From an uncultured Comamonas sp. (GTDB lineage Bacteria; Pseudomonadota; Gammaproteobacteria; Burkholderiales; Burkholderiaceae_C): DNA of 64,000 nt. Numbering within the stretch: position 1 is the stretch's first letter; each line of letters starts with the position of its first letter. Positions 37,677 to 49,300 of this stretch are shown piece after piece. Under the pieces are notes generated by a model, which did not search any database, was not told where the DNA came from, and saw only the letters and a list, made by a program, of their open reading frames with translations. The stretch spans positions 26,598 through 90,597 of the forward strand of contig CAMZGS010000007.1 of assembly GCA_947306475.1 (NCBI GenBank), given 5' to 3'. The translations under genes were made by a program, and so were the position numbers.

Positions 37677-37705
37677 TTCCTAACCCACAACCCTGAAGCT
37701 GACCC

Positions 37706-38251
37706 ATGGAACTTGATTACCGCCTGGCTTTTGAGATGGCCCCCGTGGGGCTGGTGATCTCGCGCAACCGCATCATGGTGGACTGCAATCAACGCGTGTG
37801 CGAGATGTTTGGCACCTCGCGCGAGCTGCTGGTGGGGCAATCGTTTCTGCTGCTTTACCCCAGCGCCGACGAGTACGAGCGCCAGGGCGCACGCATGGCG
37901 CCCATCCTCAACGCCAAGGGCTTTTACAGCGACAACCGCATCATGAAACGCGCCAATGGCGAGACCTTCTGGTGCCACGTCACGGGCCGGGCGCTGGACC
38001 GCAGCAACCCGCACGCCAGCGGCATCTGGAGCTTTGAGGACCTGAGCCAGCAACGCCCCGTCAAGGCCGAGCTCACCGGTCGCGAGCGTGAAGTGGCCGC
38101 GCGCCTGCTCGATGGCCTGACCTCCAAGGAAATTGGCCGTGCGCTGGGCATCAGCCACCGCACGGTGGAAATCTACCGCGCACGCCTGATCCGCAAGTAC
38201 GGCGCCAACACCACCGCCGACCTGGTGCACAAGCTGGTGGGGGCGGGTTAA
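37706..38251 (+). CDS. PAS-domain LuxR/GerE-family transcriptional regulator
   Basis: N-terminal PAS (FEMAPVGLVISRNRIMVDCNQRVCEMFG...GETFWCHVTGRAL) and a C-terminal HTH LTGREREVAARLLDGLTSKEIGRALGISHRTVEIYRARLIRKYG. Confidence 0.88.
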   Translation: MELDYRLAFEMAPVGLVISRNRIMVDCNQRVCEMFGTSRELLVGQSFLLLYPSADEYERQGARMAPILNAKGFYSDNRIMKRANGETFWCHVTGRALDRSNPHASGIWSFEDLSQQRPVKAELTGREREVAARLLDGLTSKEIGRALGISHRTVEIYRARLIRKYGANTTADLVHKLVGAG

Positions 38252-38580
38252 TCGCTAGCGCCGCACGGCACCGACCGGGCAGGCAGCACACCGCTTGCTG
38301 CTATGCTGCCACGCAGCCGACTCTGCCAGTGCAGGAACAGGAGACAAAACCATGCAAAATGTAGAAGGGGCCAGCGGCTTTAGCTACGGTTTTATGCTTC
38401 CAGGCACCCTCTCCTGGAATGCCCCGGCCAGCTAGATCGCAACCCAAAAAGAAAAAGTTCGCGCAAATCTGACCCTTGCAGTGGCGCAAGCCGCAACGGC
38501 CCGCATAGAATCCGGCCAATTTTTTGCGGCACCGCAGCAAGAACAGTCGTTCTATTTTTAACTTCTGAGAGACAACTCCA

Positions 38581-40281
38581 ATGACCAACGAAGAAATCCT
38601 GGCCCAGTACGGGCCGCGTGAAGCCATGGAATACGACGTGGTGATCGTGGGTGGCGGGCCAGCCGGCTTGTCCACGGCCATACGCCTGAAGCAACTGGCC
38701 GCTGAAAAAGGCCAGGATGTCTCCGTCGTGGTGCTGGAAAAGGGTGGCGAGCCCGGCGCGCACACCCTCTCGGGCGCCATCATGGACCCCATCGCGCTCA
38801 CGGAGCTGATCCCCGACTGGAAGGAAAAGGGTGCCCCCCTGAACCAGCCCGTAACCGAAGACGCCATGGTCTTCCTGGGCGAGAAGGGGTCGCTGCGCAC
38901 GCCCAACTTCCTGCTGCCCAAGTGCTTCCACAACGAAGGCAACTACATCGTGCGCCTGGGCTTTGTCACCAAGTGGCTGGCCGATCAGGCCGAGGCGTTG
39001 GGCGTGGAAATCTTCCCCGGCTTTGCCGCCGCTGAAGTGCTGTTCAACGATGACGGCAGCATCAAGGGCGTGGCCACCGGCAATATGGGCGTGGGCAAGG
39101 ACGGCGAGCCCACCGGCGACTTCCAGCTGGGCATGGAGCTGCACGGCAAGTACACCATCTTTGCCGAAGGCGCACGCGGCCACCTGGGCAAGCAACTCAT
39201 CGCCAAGTACAAGCTGGATGCGGGCAAGGATCCGCAAACCTACGGCATCGGCATCAAGGAACTGTGGGAGATCGACCCCGCACGCCACAAGCCCGGCATG
39301 GTGCTGCACACCGGCGGCTGGCCCATGGACAGCAGCACCTACGGCGGCGGCTTCCTGTACCACCTGGAGGACAACCTGGTCACCCTGGGCTATGTGGTGG
39401 GGCTGGACTACGCCAACCCCTACCTCTCGCCCTTTGAGGAAATGCAGCGCTGGAAGACCCACCCCAACATCCGCTGGTACCTGGAAGGCGACGAGTCCAA
39501 GGGCATCAAGCCGGGCAAGCGCATCTCCTACGGTGCACGCGCCATCACCGCCGGCGGCATCCTGAGCCTGCCCAGGTTCGTCTTCCCTGGCGGCGCGCTG
39601 GTCGGCTGCGATGCGGGCTTTTTGAACGTCAGCCGCATCAAGGGCAGCCACGCCGCGATCAAGACCGGCATGATGGCCGCCGAAGCGGCTTACGACGCCA
39701 TTGTGGCCGGACGCCAGAACGACACGCTGCACGCCTACGAAGCTGCCTTTGAAAGCAGCTGGCTGTACGACGAGCTGTACAAGGCACGCAACTTCAAGGC
39801 CTGGTTCAAGAAGGGCCTGTCCACCGCCACCGTGATGAACGGCATCGAGCAGTTCCTGCTCAAGGGCAACATCCCCTGGACGCTGCACCGCGACAAGCCG
39901 GACCACGCTTACCTCAAGCCCGCTGCCGAATGCCAGCCCATCGACTACCCCAAGCCCGACGGCAAGCTGACGTTTGATCGCCTCTCCAGCGTCTTCATCA
40001 GCGGCACCAACCACAGCGAAGACCAGCCCGCGCATCTGACCCTGAAGGACGCCAGCGTGCCGGTGAAGGTGAACCTGGCCAAGTTTGCCGGCCCCGAGCA
40101 GCGCTACTGCCCGGCCGGGGTGTACGAGTTCGTCGATGACGAGGGCAAGGGCGGCAAGCGCCTGCAGATCAACGCGCAAAACTGCGTGCACTGCAAGACC
40201 TGCGACATCAAGGACCCGACGCAAAACATCGTCTGGGTTACCCCCGAAGGCGGTGGCGGCCCCACCTACTCGGGCATGTAA
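38581..40281 (+). CDS. electron-transfer flavoprotein:ubiquinone oxidoreductase (ETF-QO)
   Basis: 566 aa. FAD motif [14 protein letters not shown] and the C-terminal 4Fe-4S motif CPAGVY...[17 protein letters not shown]. Confidence 0.93.
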   Translation: MTNEEILAQYGPREAMEYDVVIVGGGPAGLSTAIRLKQLAAEKGQDVSVVVLEKGGEPGAHTLSGAIMDPIALTELIPDWKEKGAPLNQPVTEDAMVFLGEKGSLRTPNFLLPKCFHNEGNYIVRLGFVTKWLADQAEALGVEIFPGFAAAEVLFNDDGSIKGVATGNMGVGKDGEPTGDFQLGMELHGKYTIFAEGARGHLGKQLIAKYKLDAGKDPQTYGIGIKELWEIDPARHKPGMVLHTGGWPMDSSTYGGGFLYHLEDNLVTLGYVVGLDYANPYLSPFEEMQRWKTHPNIRWYLEGDESKGIKPGKRISYGARAITAGGILSLPRFVFPGGALVGCDAGFLNVSRIKGSHAAIKTGMMAAEAAYDAIVAGRQNDTLHAYEAAFESSWLYDELYKARNFKAWFKKGLSTATVMNGIEQFLLKGNIPWTLHRDKPDHAYLKPAAECQPIDYPKPDGKLTFDRLSSVFISGTNHSEDQPAHLTLKDASVPVKVNLAKFAGPEQRYCPAGVYEFVDDEGKGGKRLQINAQNCVHCKTCDIKDPTQNIVWVTPEGGGGPTYSGM

Positions 40282-40310
40282 AAAAACCTGTGTAGATTCA
40301 CTTTTCTTGC

Positions 40311-40340
40311 AAAAAATAGCCCGTTTATCGGGCTATTTTG
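40311..40340 (+). terminator. intrinsic terminator after ETF-QO
   Basis: AAAAAATAGCCCG-tttat-CGGGCTATTTT is an 8-bp stem plus T-run, 30 nt after the stop. Confidence 0.75.
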
Positions 40341-40524
40341 CATAAAAGACGCGCAAATTTGATAAAAAAAGCACGATCAATCATTTTCTTGCAATTGACC
40401 TGCAAGCACCCCTGAAACCAGCGTAAACCCTGGGCGCCGAAAACTTTCATCGCAACGGCCTGTTTTAGACTAGCCCGACCTGAGTTTTCTTCTTTTTCCT
40501 CCTTCACCTCCTCGGAGACACAGC

Positions 40525-41487
40525 ATGCGATTCAAAACCCTGGCTTCTGCCGTGGCCCTGGCCCTTGTCGGCCTGACCAGCGCCCACGCTGCCGAAGAAA
40601 AGTCTGTGGCCGTCACTGCCATCGTGGAACACCCCGCTCTGGACGCTGTGCGCGACGGGGTGCAGGCCGCTCTGAAAGAGGCCGGCTACGAAGCAGGCAA
40701 AAACCTCAAGTGGCAGTACCAGAGCGCCCAGGGCAACACTGGCACCGCCGCACAGATTGCACGCAAGTTCATTGGCGACAAGCCCGATGCCATCGTGGCC
40801 ATTGCCACCCCCTCGGCCCAGGCGGCTGTGGCTGCCACCAAGACCGTGCCCGTCGTGTTCTCTGCCGTGACCGACCCGGTGGCCGCCAAGCTGATCAGCA
40901 GCTGGGAGCCCTCCGGCACCAACGTCACGGGCGTCTCGGACATGCTGGTGCTGGACAAGCAGATTGCGCTGATCAAGCAGGTGGTGCCCGGTGCCAAGCG
41001 CGTGGGCATGGTCTATAACCCGGGCGAGGCCAACTCGGTCGTGGTGGTCAAGCAGTTGCAAAAACTGCTGCCTGAGCACGGCATGACCCTGGTGGAAGCG
41101 GCAGCGCCGCGCACCGCCGACGTCAGCAGCGCAGCGCGCAGCCTGATCGGCAAGGTGGATGTGATCTACACCAACACCGACAACAACGTGGTTTCCGCCT
41201 ACGAGGCGCTGGTCAAGGTGGGACAGGATGCAAAAATTCCGCTGATCGCTTCGGACACCGACTCGGTCAAGCGCGGCGCCATTGCCGCCCTGGGGATCAA
41301 CTACCGTGACCTGGGTGAACAAACCGGCCGCATGGTGGCGCGCATCCTGCGCGGTGAAAAGCCCGGCGACATCGCCACCGAAACCAGCAGCAAGATGGAA
41401 CTGTTCGTCAACCCGGGCGCTGCTGCCAGGCAGGGCGTCCAGCTCGATCAGGCTCTGATCGACAGCGCGGCCCAAGTCGTGCAGTAA
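40525..41487 (+). CDS. ABC transporter substrate-binding protein (ABC_sub_bind / COG2984 type)
   Basis: Signal peptide MRFKTLASAVALALVGLTSAHA. VAVTAIVEHPALDAVRDGV...IVAIATPSAQAA...VPVVFSAVTDPV is typical of this family. Confidence 0.85.
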   Translation: MRFKTLASAVALALVGLTSAHAAEEKSVAVTAIVEHPALDAVRDGVQAALKEAGYEAGKNLKWQYQSAQGNTGTAAQIARKFIGDKPDAIVAIATPSAQAAVAATKTVPVVFSAVTDPVAAKLISSWEPSGTNVTGVSDMLVLDKQIALIKQVVPGAKRVGMVYNPGEANSVVVVKQLQKLLPEHGMTLVEAAAPRTADVSSAARSLIGKVDVIYTNTDNNVVSAYEALVKVGQDAKIPLIASDTDSVKRGAIAALGINYRDLGEQTGRMVARILRGEKPGDIATETSSKMELFVNPGAAARQGVQLDQALIDSAAQVVQ

Positions 41488-41581
41488 TTGCTGCTTTCCG
41501 CTGGCCCAGGCAGGCGCCCAGTTTCCTGGAGCCTGCCTTTTTCATTTCCTGATGCATCTCCTTCCCCACTGAGTCACGCCC

Positions 41582-42469
41582 ATGTCTTTGTTTTCCTTCT
41601 TTGGCGCTATTGAAATCGGCCTGATTTTTGCCCTGGTTGCCTTAGGCGTGTACATCTCCTTTCGCCTGCTGCGCTTTCCGGACCTGACCGTCGATGGCAG
41701 CTTCCCCCTGGGCGGCGCCGTCTGCGCCGTGATGATCGTGGCCGGCTTCAACCCCTGGGTTGCCACGCTGGGCGCCACCCTGGCCGGCGCAGCGGCCGGT
41801 CTGCTGACCGGCTGGCTCAACGTCAAGCTCAAGATCATGGATCTGCTGGCCTCCATCCTGATGATGATCGGCCTGTATTCCATCAACCTGCGCATCATGG
41901 ACGGCCCCAACGTCCCCCTGATCACCGAACCGACGATCTTCACCCTGCTGCAACCCGAAGGTCTGGAGGACTACATCCTGCGCCCCCTGGTGCTGCTGGT
42001 GATCGTGGTGCTGGCCAAGATGGCACTGGACTGGTTCTTTGCCACCGAACGCGGTCTGGCCATTCGCGCCACCGGCTCCAACGCCCGCATGGCACGCGCC
42101 CAGGGCATCAACACCGGCGCCATGGTGCTGCTGGGCATGGCCATCTCCAACGCGCTGGTCGGCCTGGCCGGCGCCATGTTCGTGCAGACCCAGGGCGGCG
42201 CCGACATCTCCATGGGCATCGGCACCATCGTGATTGGTCTGGCCGCCGTGATCGTCGGCGAATCCATCCTGCCGTCGCGCCGCATCGTCTGGGCCACACT
42301 GGCCGTGGTGCTGGGCGCCGTGGTGTACCGCTTCTTCATCGCTGCTGCGCTCAACAGCGACTTCATTGGCCTCAAGGCGCAAGACCTGAACCTGGTCACC
42401 GCCGTGCTGGTGACGCTGGCGCTGGTGCTGCCCCAGCTCAAGCGCAAACTCAACGCCCGCGTCTCGTAA
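41582..42469 (+). CDS. ABC transporter permease (COG4120 type, BPD_transp_2)
   Basis: 295-aa polytopic protein with GLIFALVALGVYISFRLLRFPDLTVDGSFPLGG. Confidence 0.85.
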   Translation: MSLFSFFGAIEIGLIFALVALGVYISFRLLRFPDLTVDGSFPLGGAVCAVMIVAGFNPWVATLGATLAGAAAGLLTGWLNVKLKIMDLLASILMMIGLYSINLRIMDGPNVPLITEPTIFTLLQPEGLEDYILRPLVLLVIVVLAKMALDWFFATERGLAIRATGSNARMARAQGINTGAMVLLGMAISNALVGLAGAMFVQTQGGADISMGIGTIVIGLAAVIVGESILPSRRIVWATLAVVLGAVVYRFFIAAALNSDFIGLKAQDLNLVTAVLVTLALVLPQLKRKLNARVS

Positions 42470-42474
42470 GCCGC

Positions 42475-43308
42475 ATGTCCAACACACCAGTGAACCAGAA
42501 GAAAGACCTCCCCATGCTGAGCGCACAAGACCTTCGCCTGACGTTCAACCCCGGCACCCCCATCGAAACCAAGGCCCTGCGCGGCCTGTCGCTGGAGATC
42601 CCCACCGGGCAGTTTGTCACCGTGATCGGCTCCAATGGAGCGGGCAAATCGACGTTCCTGAACTCCGTCTCCGGCGACCAAAGCGTCGATAGCGGCACCA
42701 TCAAGATCGATGGTCTGGACGTCACCCGCATGCCCGTGTGGGCGCGTGCCGAGCGCGTGGCGCGCGTCTTTCAGGATCCGATGGCCGGCACCTGCGAAGA
42801 CCTGACGATTGAAGAAAACATGGCCCTGGCACAGTGCCGGGGCAGCTTTCGCAAGCTCTCGCGTGCCGTGAAAACCGAAATGCGCGAGCTGTTTCGCGAG
42901 CGCCTGGCCATGCTGGGACTGGGCCTGGAAAACCGCCTGACCGACCGTATCGGCCTGCTCTCGGGCGGTCAGCGCCAGGCCATCAGCCTGCTGATGGCTG
43001 CGCTGCAACCGTCGCGCATCCTGCTGCTGGACGAACACACCGCCGCGCTGGATCCGCGCACGGCCGACTTCGTGCTGCAGCTGACCTGCCGCATCGTCGA
43101 GGAATCCAAGCTCACCACCATGATGGTCACGCACAGCATGCGCCAGGCACTGGACGTGGGCACGCGCACCATCATGCTGCACCAGGGTCAGGTGGTGCTG
43201 GATGTTTCCGGCGAAGAGCGCGCCCGCATGGACGTGCCCGATCTGTTGCAGATGTTCGAGAAAGTGCGCGGCGAAAAGCTCTCGGACGATGCCTTGCTGC
43301 TGAGCTAA
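42475..43308 (+). CDS. ABC transporter ATP-binding protein (COG1101 type)
   Basis: Walker A GSNGAGKST, signature LSGGQRQAISL and Walker B ILLLDEHTAALD. Confidence 0.9.
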   Translation: MSNTPVNQKKDLPMLSAQDLRLTFNPGTPIETKALRGLSLEIPTGQFVTVIGSNGAGKSTFLNSVSGDQSVDSGTIKIDGLDVTRMPVWARAERVARVFQDPMAGTCEDLTIEENMALAQCRGSFRKLSRAVKTEMRELFRERLAMLGLGLENRLTDRIGLLSGGQRQAISLLMAALQPSRILLLDEHTAALDPRTADFVLQLTCRIVEESKLTTMMVTHSMRQALDVGTRTIMLHQGQVVLDVSGEERARMDVPDLLQMFEKVRGEKLSDDALLLS

Positions 43309-43399
43309 AAAAAGGAGCTGCTTGCGCCTGACTGGCAAGGATTTCACGAATAAAACACCATGAAATCTTTAGCAGACAAGCGCAAACAGCTACTTTTTT
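43307..43399. repeat. full-length REP-like long hairpin
   Basis: The left arm is AAAAAAAGGAGCTGCTTGCGCCTGACTGGCAAGGATTTCA and the right arm is TGAAATCTTTAGCAGACAAGCGCAAACAGCTACTTTTTT. The inner stem GATTTCA/TGAAATC is perfect. Confidence 0.6.
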
Positions 43400-43425
43400 A
43401 GGAATTCAACGCTACATTGACGGCA

Positions 43426-43457
43426 TAAAAAACCGGCTCCCTGAGGAGCCGGTTTTT
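43426..43457. terminator. bidirectional intrinsic terminator (ABC operon on +, clpA on -)
   Basis: AAAAAACCGGCTCC-ctg-AGGAGCCGGTTTTTG is a perfect GC-rich stem with an A-run and a T-run. Confidence 0.8.
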
Positions 43458-43485
43458 GTTTGCCTCGAACAGCGTCAGCACTGCA

Positions 43486-45819
43486 TCAGTCCACAGCCGC
43501 GGGCGATGGCGCAGCACCGCTGTCCTGCAAGGCCTGTGGGTCGGTGCTGTGGATATCCAGCCGCACCTCGCCAGCGCCGTCCTTGGCAGTGGCATCCCAG
43601 TCCACCTCCAGACGGCCACCGTGCACCAGACGGCCAAAGAGCAGCTCATCGGCCAGGCTGCGGCGGATGGTGTCCTGGATCAGGCGCTGCATCGGGCGTG
43701 CGCCCATCAGCGGATCGAAGCCCTTGGCCGCCAGGTGCTTGCGCAGTGCGTCGGTGAAGGTGACTTCCACCTTCTTCTCAGCGAGTTGCTGCTCCAGTTG
43801 CAGCAGGAATTTATCGACCACGCGCAGGATGACCTGCTCGTCCAGCGGCTTGAAGCTGACGATGGCATCCAGCCGGTTGCGGAACTCCGGCGTGAACAGA
43901 CGCTTGATGTCCGCCATCTCGTCACCCGCCTGACGCTGGGTGGTAAAGCCGATGACCGCCTTGTTCATGGTCTCGGCCCCCGCGTTGGTGGTCATGATGA
44001 TGATGACGTTGCGGAAGTCCGCCTTGCGCCCGTTGTTGTCGGTGAGCGTGCCGTGGTCCATCACCTGCAACAGGACGTTGAAGATGTCCGGATGGGCTTT
44101 TTCAATTTCGTCGAGCAGCAGCACGCAATGCGGCTTCTTGGTGATGGCCTCGGTCAGCAGACCGCCCTGGTCGTAACCCACATAGCCCGGAGGCGCACCG
44201 ATCAGGCGGCTGACCGCATGACGCTCCATGTACTCGGACATGTCAAAGCGCACCAGATCCACGCCCAGGATGTAGGCCAGCTGCTTGGCAGCCTCGGTCT
44301 TGCCCACGCCGGTGGGGCCGCTGAACAAGAAGCTGCCAATCGGCTTTTCGGGCTTGCCCAGGCCGGAGCGCGCCATCTTCACGGCGCTGGCCAGCACTTC
44401 CAGGGCCGGGTCCTGACCAAAGACCACGCTCTTCAAGTCACGCTCCAGCGTCTGCAGCTTGCTGCGGTCGTCCTGCGAGACATTGGCCGGGGGAATGCGC
44501 GCAATCTTGGCCACGATGGCCTCGATCTCGCTGCGGCTGATGCACTGCTTGCGCGTCTCCTGCGGCTGGATGCGCTGGGCGGCACCGGCCTCGTCGATCA
44601 CGTCGATGGCCTTGTCTGGCAACTGACGGTCGTTGATGTACTTGGCCGACAGCTCGGCAGCCGCCTGCAGCGCTTCGGGCGCGTACTCAATGCCGTGGTG
44701 TTCCTCAAAGCGGGTCTTCAGGCCCTTGAGGATTTCCACCGTCTCGGCAATGCTGGGCTCGACCACATCCACCTTCTGGAAACGCCGCGACAGGGCCGAG
44801 TCCTTCTCGAAGATGCCGCGATATTCCGTGAACGTGGTGGCGCCAATGCACTTGAGCTGGCCGCTGGAAAGCGCTGGCTTGAGCAGGTTGCTGGCATCCA
44901 GCGTGCCACCCGAGGCCGCGCCCGCACCAATCAGGGTGTGGATCTCGTCAATGAACAGGATGGCGTTGGGGCGATCCTTGAGCACCTTGATCACGCCCTT
45001 CAAGCGCTGCTCGAAGTCACCACGGTATTTGGTGCCGGCCAGCAAGGCGCCCATGTCCAGCGAATAGACAGCGGCTTCCTTGAGTACATCGGGCACGGTG
45101 CCTTCAGTGATGCGCCAGGCCAGGCCCTCGGCAATCGCGGTCTTGCCCACGCCGGCCTCACCCACCAGCAGCGGGTTGTTCTTGCGGCGGCGGCACAGGA
45201 TCTGGATGGTGCGCTCGACTTCATAGTCGCGGCCAATGAGGGGGTCGATCCGGCCTTCCCTGGCGGCCTGGTTCAGGTTGAGCGTGTACTGCTCCAGGGG
45301 CGAGGCCTTTTCGCTGCGCTCGCCGCCCTGGCCTTCCTCACCCTCGGCCTGGGTGTCGGCCTTGGCCGGCTCGGAAGGTTCGTTCTTGCGGATGCCGTGG
45401 GCGATGAAGTTGACCACATCCAGGCGCGTGACACCCTGCTGGTGCAGGTAGTACACGGCGTGCGAGTCCTTCTCGCCGAAAATGGCCACCAGCACGTTGG
45501 CGCCGGTCACTTCCTTCTTGCCGTTGCCCGTCGATTGCACATGCATGATGGCACGCTGGATGACGCGCTGAAAACCCAGCGTCGGCTGGGTATCGACCTC
45601 ACCCTCGCCCATGACCTGCGGGGTGTTGTCCTTGATGAAATTGGTCAGCGCCGTGCGCAGGTCGTCCAGATTGGCCGAACAGGCACGCAGCACTTCCGAT
45701 GCGCTGGGGTTGTCCAGCAACGCCAGCAGCAGATGCTCGACGGTGATGAATTCGTGGCGTTGTTGTCGAGCATCGACAAATGCCATGTGCAAGCTCACTT
45801 CCAGTTCTTGAGCAATCAT
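43486..45819 (-). CDS. clpA: ATP-dependent Clp protease ATP-binding subunit ClpA
   Basis: [35 protein letters not shown] (Clp_N) and two AAA+ modules ([18 protein letters not shown]). Start set at ATG 45819. Confidence 0.95.
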   Translation of the reverse strand: MIAQELEVSLHMAFVDARQQRHEFITVEHLLLALLDNPSASEVLRACSANLDDLRTALTNFIKDNTPQVMGEGEVDTQPTLGFQRVIQRAIMHVQSTGNGKKEVTGANVLVAIFGEKDSHAVYYLHQQGVTRLDVVNFIAHGIRKNEPSEPAKADTQAEGEEGQGGERSEKASPLEQYTLNLNQAAREGRIDPLIGRDYEVERTIQILCRRRKNNPLLVGEAGVGKTAIAEGLAWRITEGTVPDVLKEAAVYSLDMGALLAGTKYRGDFEQRLKGVIKVLKDRPNAILFIDEIHTLIGAGAASGGTLDASNLLKPALSSGQLKCIGATTFTEYRGIFEKDSALSRRFQKVDVVEPSIAETVEILKGLKTRFEEHHGIEYAPEALQAAAELSAKYINDRQLPDKAIDVIDEAGAAQRIQPQETRKQCISRSEIEAIVAKIARIPPANVSQDDRSKLQTLERDLKSVVFGQDPALEVLASAVKMARSGLGKPEKPIGSFLFSGPTGVGKTEAAKQLAYILGVDLVRFDMSEYMERHAVSRLIGAPPGYVGYDQGGLLTEAITKKPHCVLLLDEIEKAHPDIFNVLLQVMDHGTLTDNNGRKADFRNVIIIMTTNAGAETMNKAVIGFTTQRQAGDEMADIKRLFTPEFRNRLDAIVSFKPLDEQVILRVVDKFLLQLEQQLAEKKVEVTFTDALRKHLAAKGFDPLMGARPMQRLIQDTIRRSLADELLFGRLVHGGRLEVDWDATAKDGAGEVRLDIHSTDPQALQDSGAAPSPAAVD

Positions 45820-45900
45820 GTTTGGACTCCTTTTGCGCTTGCGAGTGGGATGAGAAAACCCTGTGTGGGCCTTGACGACCAATATAAGGCCTGCAGGCCA

Positions 45901-46257
45901 TCATTCAACCGGTTCGCTTACTGCTTGTAGCGGATGACCGGCATGCCGTGCTGTCTGCAGCACCTGCTCGACCTTGGTGGAAGCCACATCGCGCGAGTAC
46001 ACGCCGCAGACGCCTCGGCCTTCGAAGTGGATCTTCATCATGATGCGCGTGGCCTCCTCCTTGTCCTTGGCAAACAACTCCTGCAGCACGACGATGACGA
46101 ATTCCATCGGCGTGAAGTCGTCATTGAGCATGACCACCTGGTACAGCGGCGGAGGTTGCAGCTTCAGCGGCTGGCGCTCCAGCACCACCGCATCTGCATC
46201 ATCCTGCTGCGGAAAGAATTCAGGCTTACGAGGCGTGGTAGGGGGTTGAGTGACCAT
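45901..46257 (-). CDS. clpS: ATP-dependent Clp protease adaptor ClpS
   Basis: 118 aa. The core [27 protein letters not shown] matches ClpS. It lies immediately upstream of clpA. Confidence 0.93.
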   Translation of the reverse strand: MVTQPPTTPRKPEFFPQQDDADAVVLERQPLKLQPPPLYQVVMLNDDFTPMEFVIVVLQELFAKDKEEATRIMMKIHFEGRGVCGVYSRDVASTKVEQVLQTARHAGHPLQAVSEPVE

Positions 46258-46343
46258 GGGATGTATGCAACTTCATTCTAGCCAACAGCATGGACCCTTG
46301 GAGATGCTGCCGGCTCAGGGGGAAAACAAGAAGGCAAGGCAGG

Positions 46344-46372
46344 AAAAAACTTCTTGCGCCGCGCTGAAGAAA
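46344..46372 (-). terminator. possible weak terminator after dnaE
   Basis: On the minus strand, CTTCAGCGCGGCGCAAGAAG forms an imperfect stem followed by TTTTTT, about 25 nt after the dnaE stop. Confidence 0.35.
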
Positions 46373-46394
46373 AGGGCCCGGAATGCGCCAACCC

Positions 46395-49300
46395 TCAGCT
46401 GCGCCAGACCAGGCGGCAGGCATCGCTGCCCACCTCGGCCCGCCAGTCGGCCAGGGCCGCATCGCTGGGATAGCACTGGTGCTCGGGGCCCAGTTCCAGC
46501 TCCACGCTGGCGCTGGCATCGTCGGCATGGCAATGCAGCAGCACGCGCAGGCGCACGCCAAGGCTCACCGGCAGGCCATCATCGCCCACCTGCTGCCGGG
46601 CCGGATAGGCCTGCAACAGACGCTCTATCCGGGGACGTTTGTCGCCGGCTTCAATCAGCAGGTAACGGGCAAAGCGGCAGCGGGCATCGGCCAGGCTCCA
46701 GACCTGTGTGGCCTTGATGCGCAGCCCCCCGCTGAAGTGGTCGTGCTGCACCCGGCCTTGCAGGATGACGAACTCATCGTCCTTGAGCAGGTTCTTGGCG
46801 GCGTTGTACGTGGCCTCATCCACCGAGGCTTCCAGCACGGCACTTTTGTCGTCCAGCTTGAACAGGCACAGCTTGCCGCCGCGCTGGCTGTTGATGACGC
46901 GCAGCTCACTGACGATGCCCGCCATCAGCTGCGGCTCGCGGCTGTCCTTGAGCTCGTCCAGCGGCGTACGGATGAAGCGGCGCACCTCCTCCTGCACCTC
47001 GTCGAACAGGTGGCCAGACAGGTAGAAACCCACCGCCGTCTTTTCGTGCATCAGCTGCTCGCGCACACCCCAGGGCAGCACCTGGGCCAGGGGCGGCTCC
47101 TGCGTGCTGGCGCCCTGGGCATCGTCGCCCATCATGTCGAACAGGCCGCCCTGGTTGGCGTTGGCCAGCTGCGCGTTGGCGTACTCGAAGGCATCTTCCA
47201 TCGAGGCCTGCAGCGCAGCGCGGTTGCGCTCGATGCTGTCGAAGGCTCCGGCCTTGATCAGCGCCTCCAGCGTGCGCTTGTTGAGTTTGCTGCGATCGAC
47301 GCGCACGCAGAAGTCCCACAGACTCCTGAAGGGCCCTTTCACATGGCCCTGAGGCCCCACACCGTGACCATCGCGCGCAGCGACGATGGCCTCGATGGCC
47401 GCCTGCCCCGTGCCCTTGATGGCGCCCAGACCGTAGCGGATCACCGTGTCCGTCACAGGCTCGAAGCGGTAGTTGCCACGGTTGACGTCGGGCGGCTCAA
47501 AGCTCAGGCCCATCTTCAGCGCATCTTCGTACAGCACCCGCAGCTTGTCGGTGTTGTCCATCTCCACGGTCATGTTGCCGCAGAAGAACTCTGCCGTGTA
47601 ATGCACCTTGAGCCAGGCGGTGTGGTAGGCCAGCAGGGAATAGGCTGCCGCGTGCGACTTGTTGAAGCCGTAGCCGGCGAACTTTTCCATGAGGTCAAAC
47701 ACCTCATCGGCCTTTTCCTGACTGATGCCCTGCTTGGCCGCGCCCTCGCGGAAGATTTCGCGGTGCTTGGCCATTTCCTCGGGCTTTTTCTTGCCCATGG
47801 CACGGCGCAGCAGGTCGGCGCCGCCGAGTGAGTAGCCACCCAGCACCTGCGCGGTCTGCATCACCTGCTCCTGATAGACCATGATGCCGTAGGTCTCGGC
47901 CAGCACTTTTTCCACCAGGGGGTGCGGGTACTCGATGGGCTCACGTCCGTGCTTGCGCTCCACGAACGAGGGAATCAGGTCCATGGGACCGGGGCGGTAC
48001 AGCGCGTTCAGGGCAATGAGGTCTTCGAGGCGGCTGGGTTTGGCCTCCTTGAGCATGCCCTGCATGCCGCGCGATTCAAACTGGAACACCGCTTCGGTCT
48101 TGCCCTCCTGGAACAGCTTGTAGGTGGGCCAGTCGTCCAGCGGAATGTCCTCGAACTTGAAGTTTTCCTGCCCCTTGTGGCGTTTGCGGATGAACTCGCG
48201 CGCAATTTCCAGAATGGTCAGCGTCGCCAGCCCCAGAAAGTCGAACTTCACCAGGCCGATCTGCTCGACGTCGTCCTTGTCGAACATGGAGACGGCCGAT
48301 TCGCTGCCCGGCTGCTGGTACAGCGGACAAAAGTCGGTGAGCTTGCCCGGTGCAATCACCACGCCCCCTGCGTGCATGCCGATGTTGCGCGTCATGCCTT
48401 CGAGCTTTTGCGCCATCTCGATGAGGTTCCTGACGTCCTCTTCCTGCTCGATGCGGTGCGCCAGCAGGGGTTCGGCCTCGATCGCGTAGGTGTACTTGTC
48501 CCCATCCTTTTTCGGGTTGGGCGGGTACTTGAGCGTGACGTGCAACCCCGGCTTGTTCGGAATCAGCTTGGAGATGCCATCGCAAAAGCCGTAGCTCATG
48601 TCCATCACCCGGCCCACGTCGCGGATCACCGCACGCGCGGCCATGGTGCCGAAGGTGGCGATCTGGCTGACGGCGTTCTTGCCGTACTTTTCCTTCACGT
48701 AGTCGATGACGCGGTCCCGGTTGGCCTGACAGAAGTCCACGTCAAAGTCAGGCATGGAGACGCGCTCCGGGTTCAGGAAGCGCTCGAACAGCAGGTTGTA
48801 ATGGATCGGATCCAGGTCGGTGATCTTCAGCGCATAGGCCACCAGCGAGCCCGCCCCTGAACCCCGGCCCGGCCCCACCGGGCAGCCGTTGTTCTTGGCC
48901 CAGTTGATGAAGTCCGCCACGATCAGGAAGTAGCCCGGAAAGCCCATCTTCAGGATGATGCCCAGCTCGAACTCCAGGCGCTCCAGGTAGCGCGGGCGCT
49001 GTGCCTCGCGCTCGGCCGTGTCGGGGTAAAGCTGCGCCAGACGCTCTTCCAGCCCCCGCAGGGACTCCTGACGGAAGAATTCATCCGGGCTCATGCCCGC
49101 CGGTGTGGGGAAATCGGGCAGAAAGTGCTTGCCCAGCACCAGCGTCACGTTGCAGCGGCGCGCAATCTCCACCGTATTGGCCAGGGCCGAGGGCACATCG
49201 GCAAACAGCTCCTGCATCTGCGCGCTGCTCTTGAAGTACTGCTCACGCGTGAAGCGCCGCAGGCGCTTGGGGTTGGCCAGCACCTCACCCTCGGCAATGC

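Noticed and set aside
38352-38435. 27-codon ORF (MQNVEGASGFSYGFMLPGTLSWNAPAS) with a good AGGAGA SD, in the 330-bp region upstream of ETF-QO.
   Set aside because: Third codon positions are AT-rich, unlike every confident gene here. There is no paralogue or repeat support and no recognisable motif. I regard it as a chance ORF unless expression data say otherwise.
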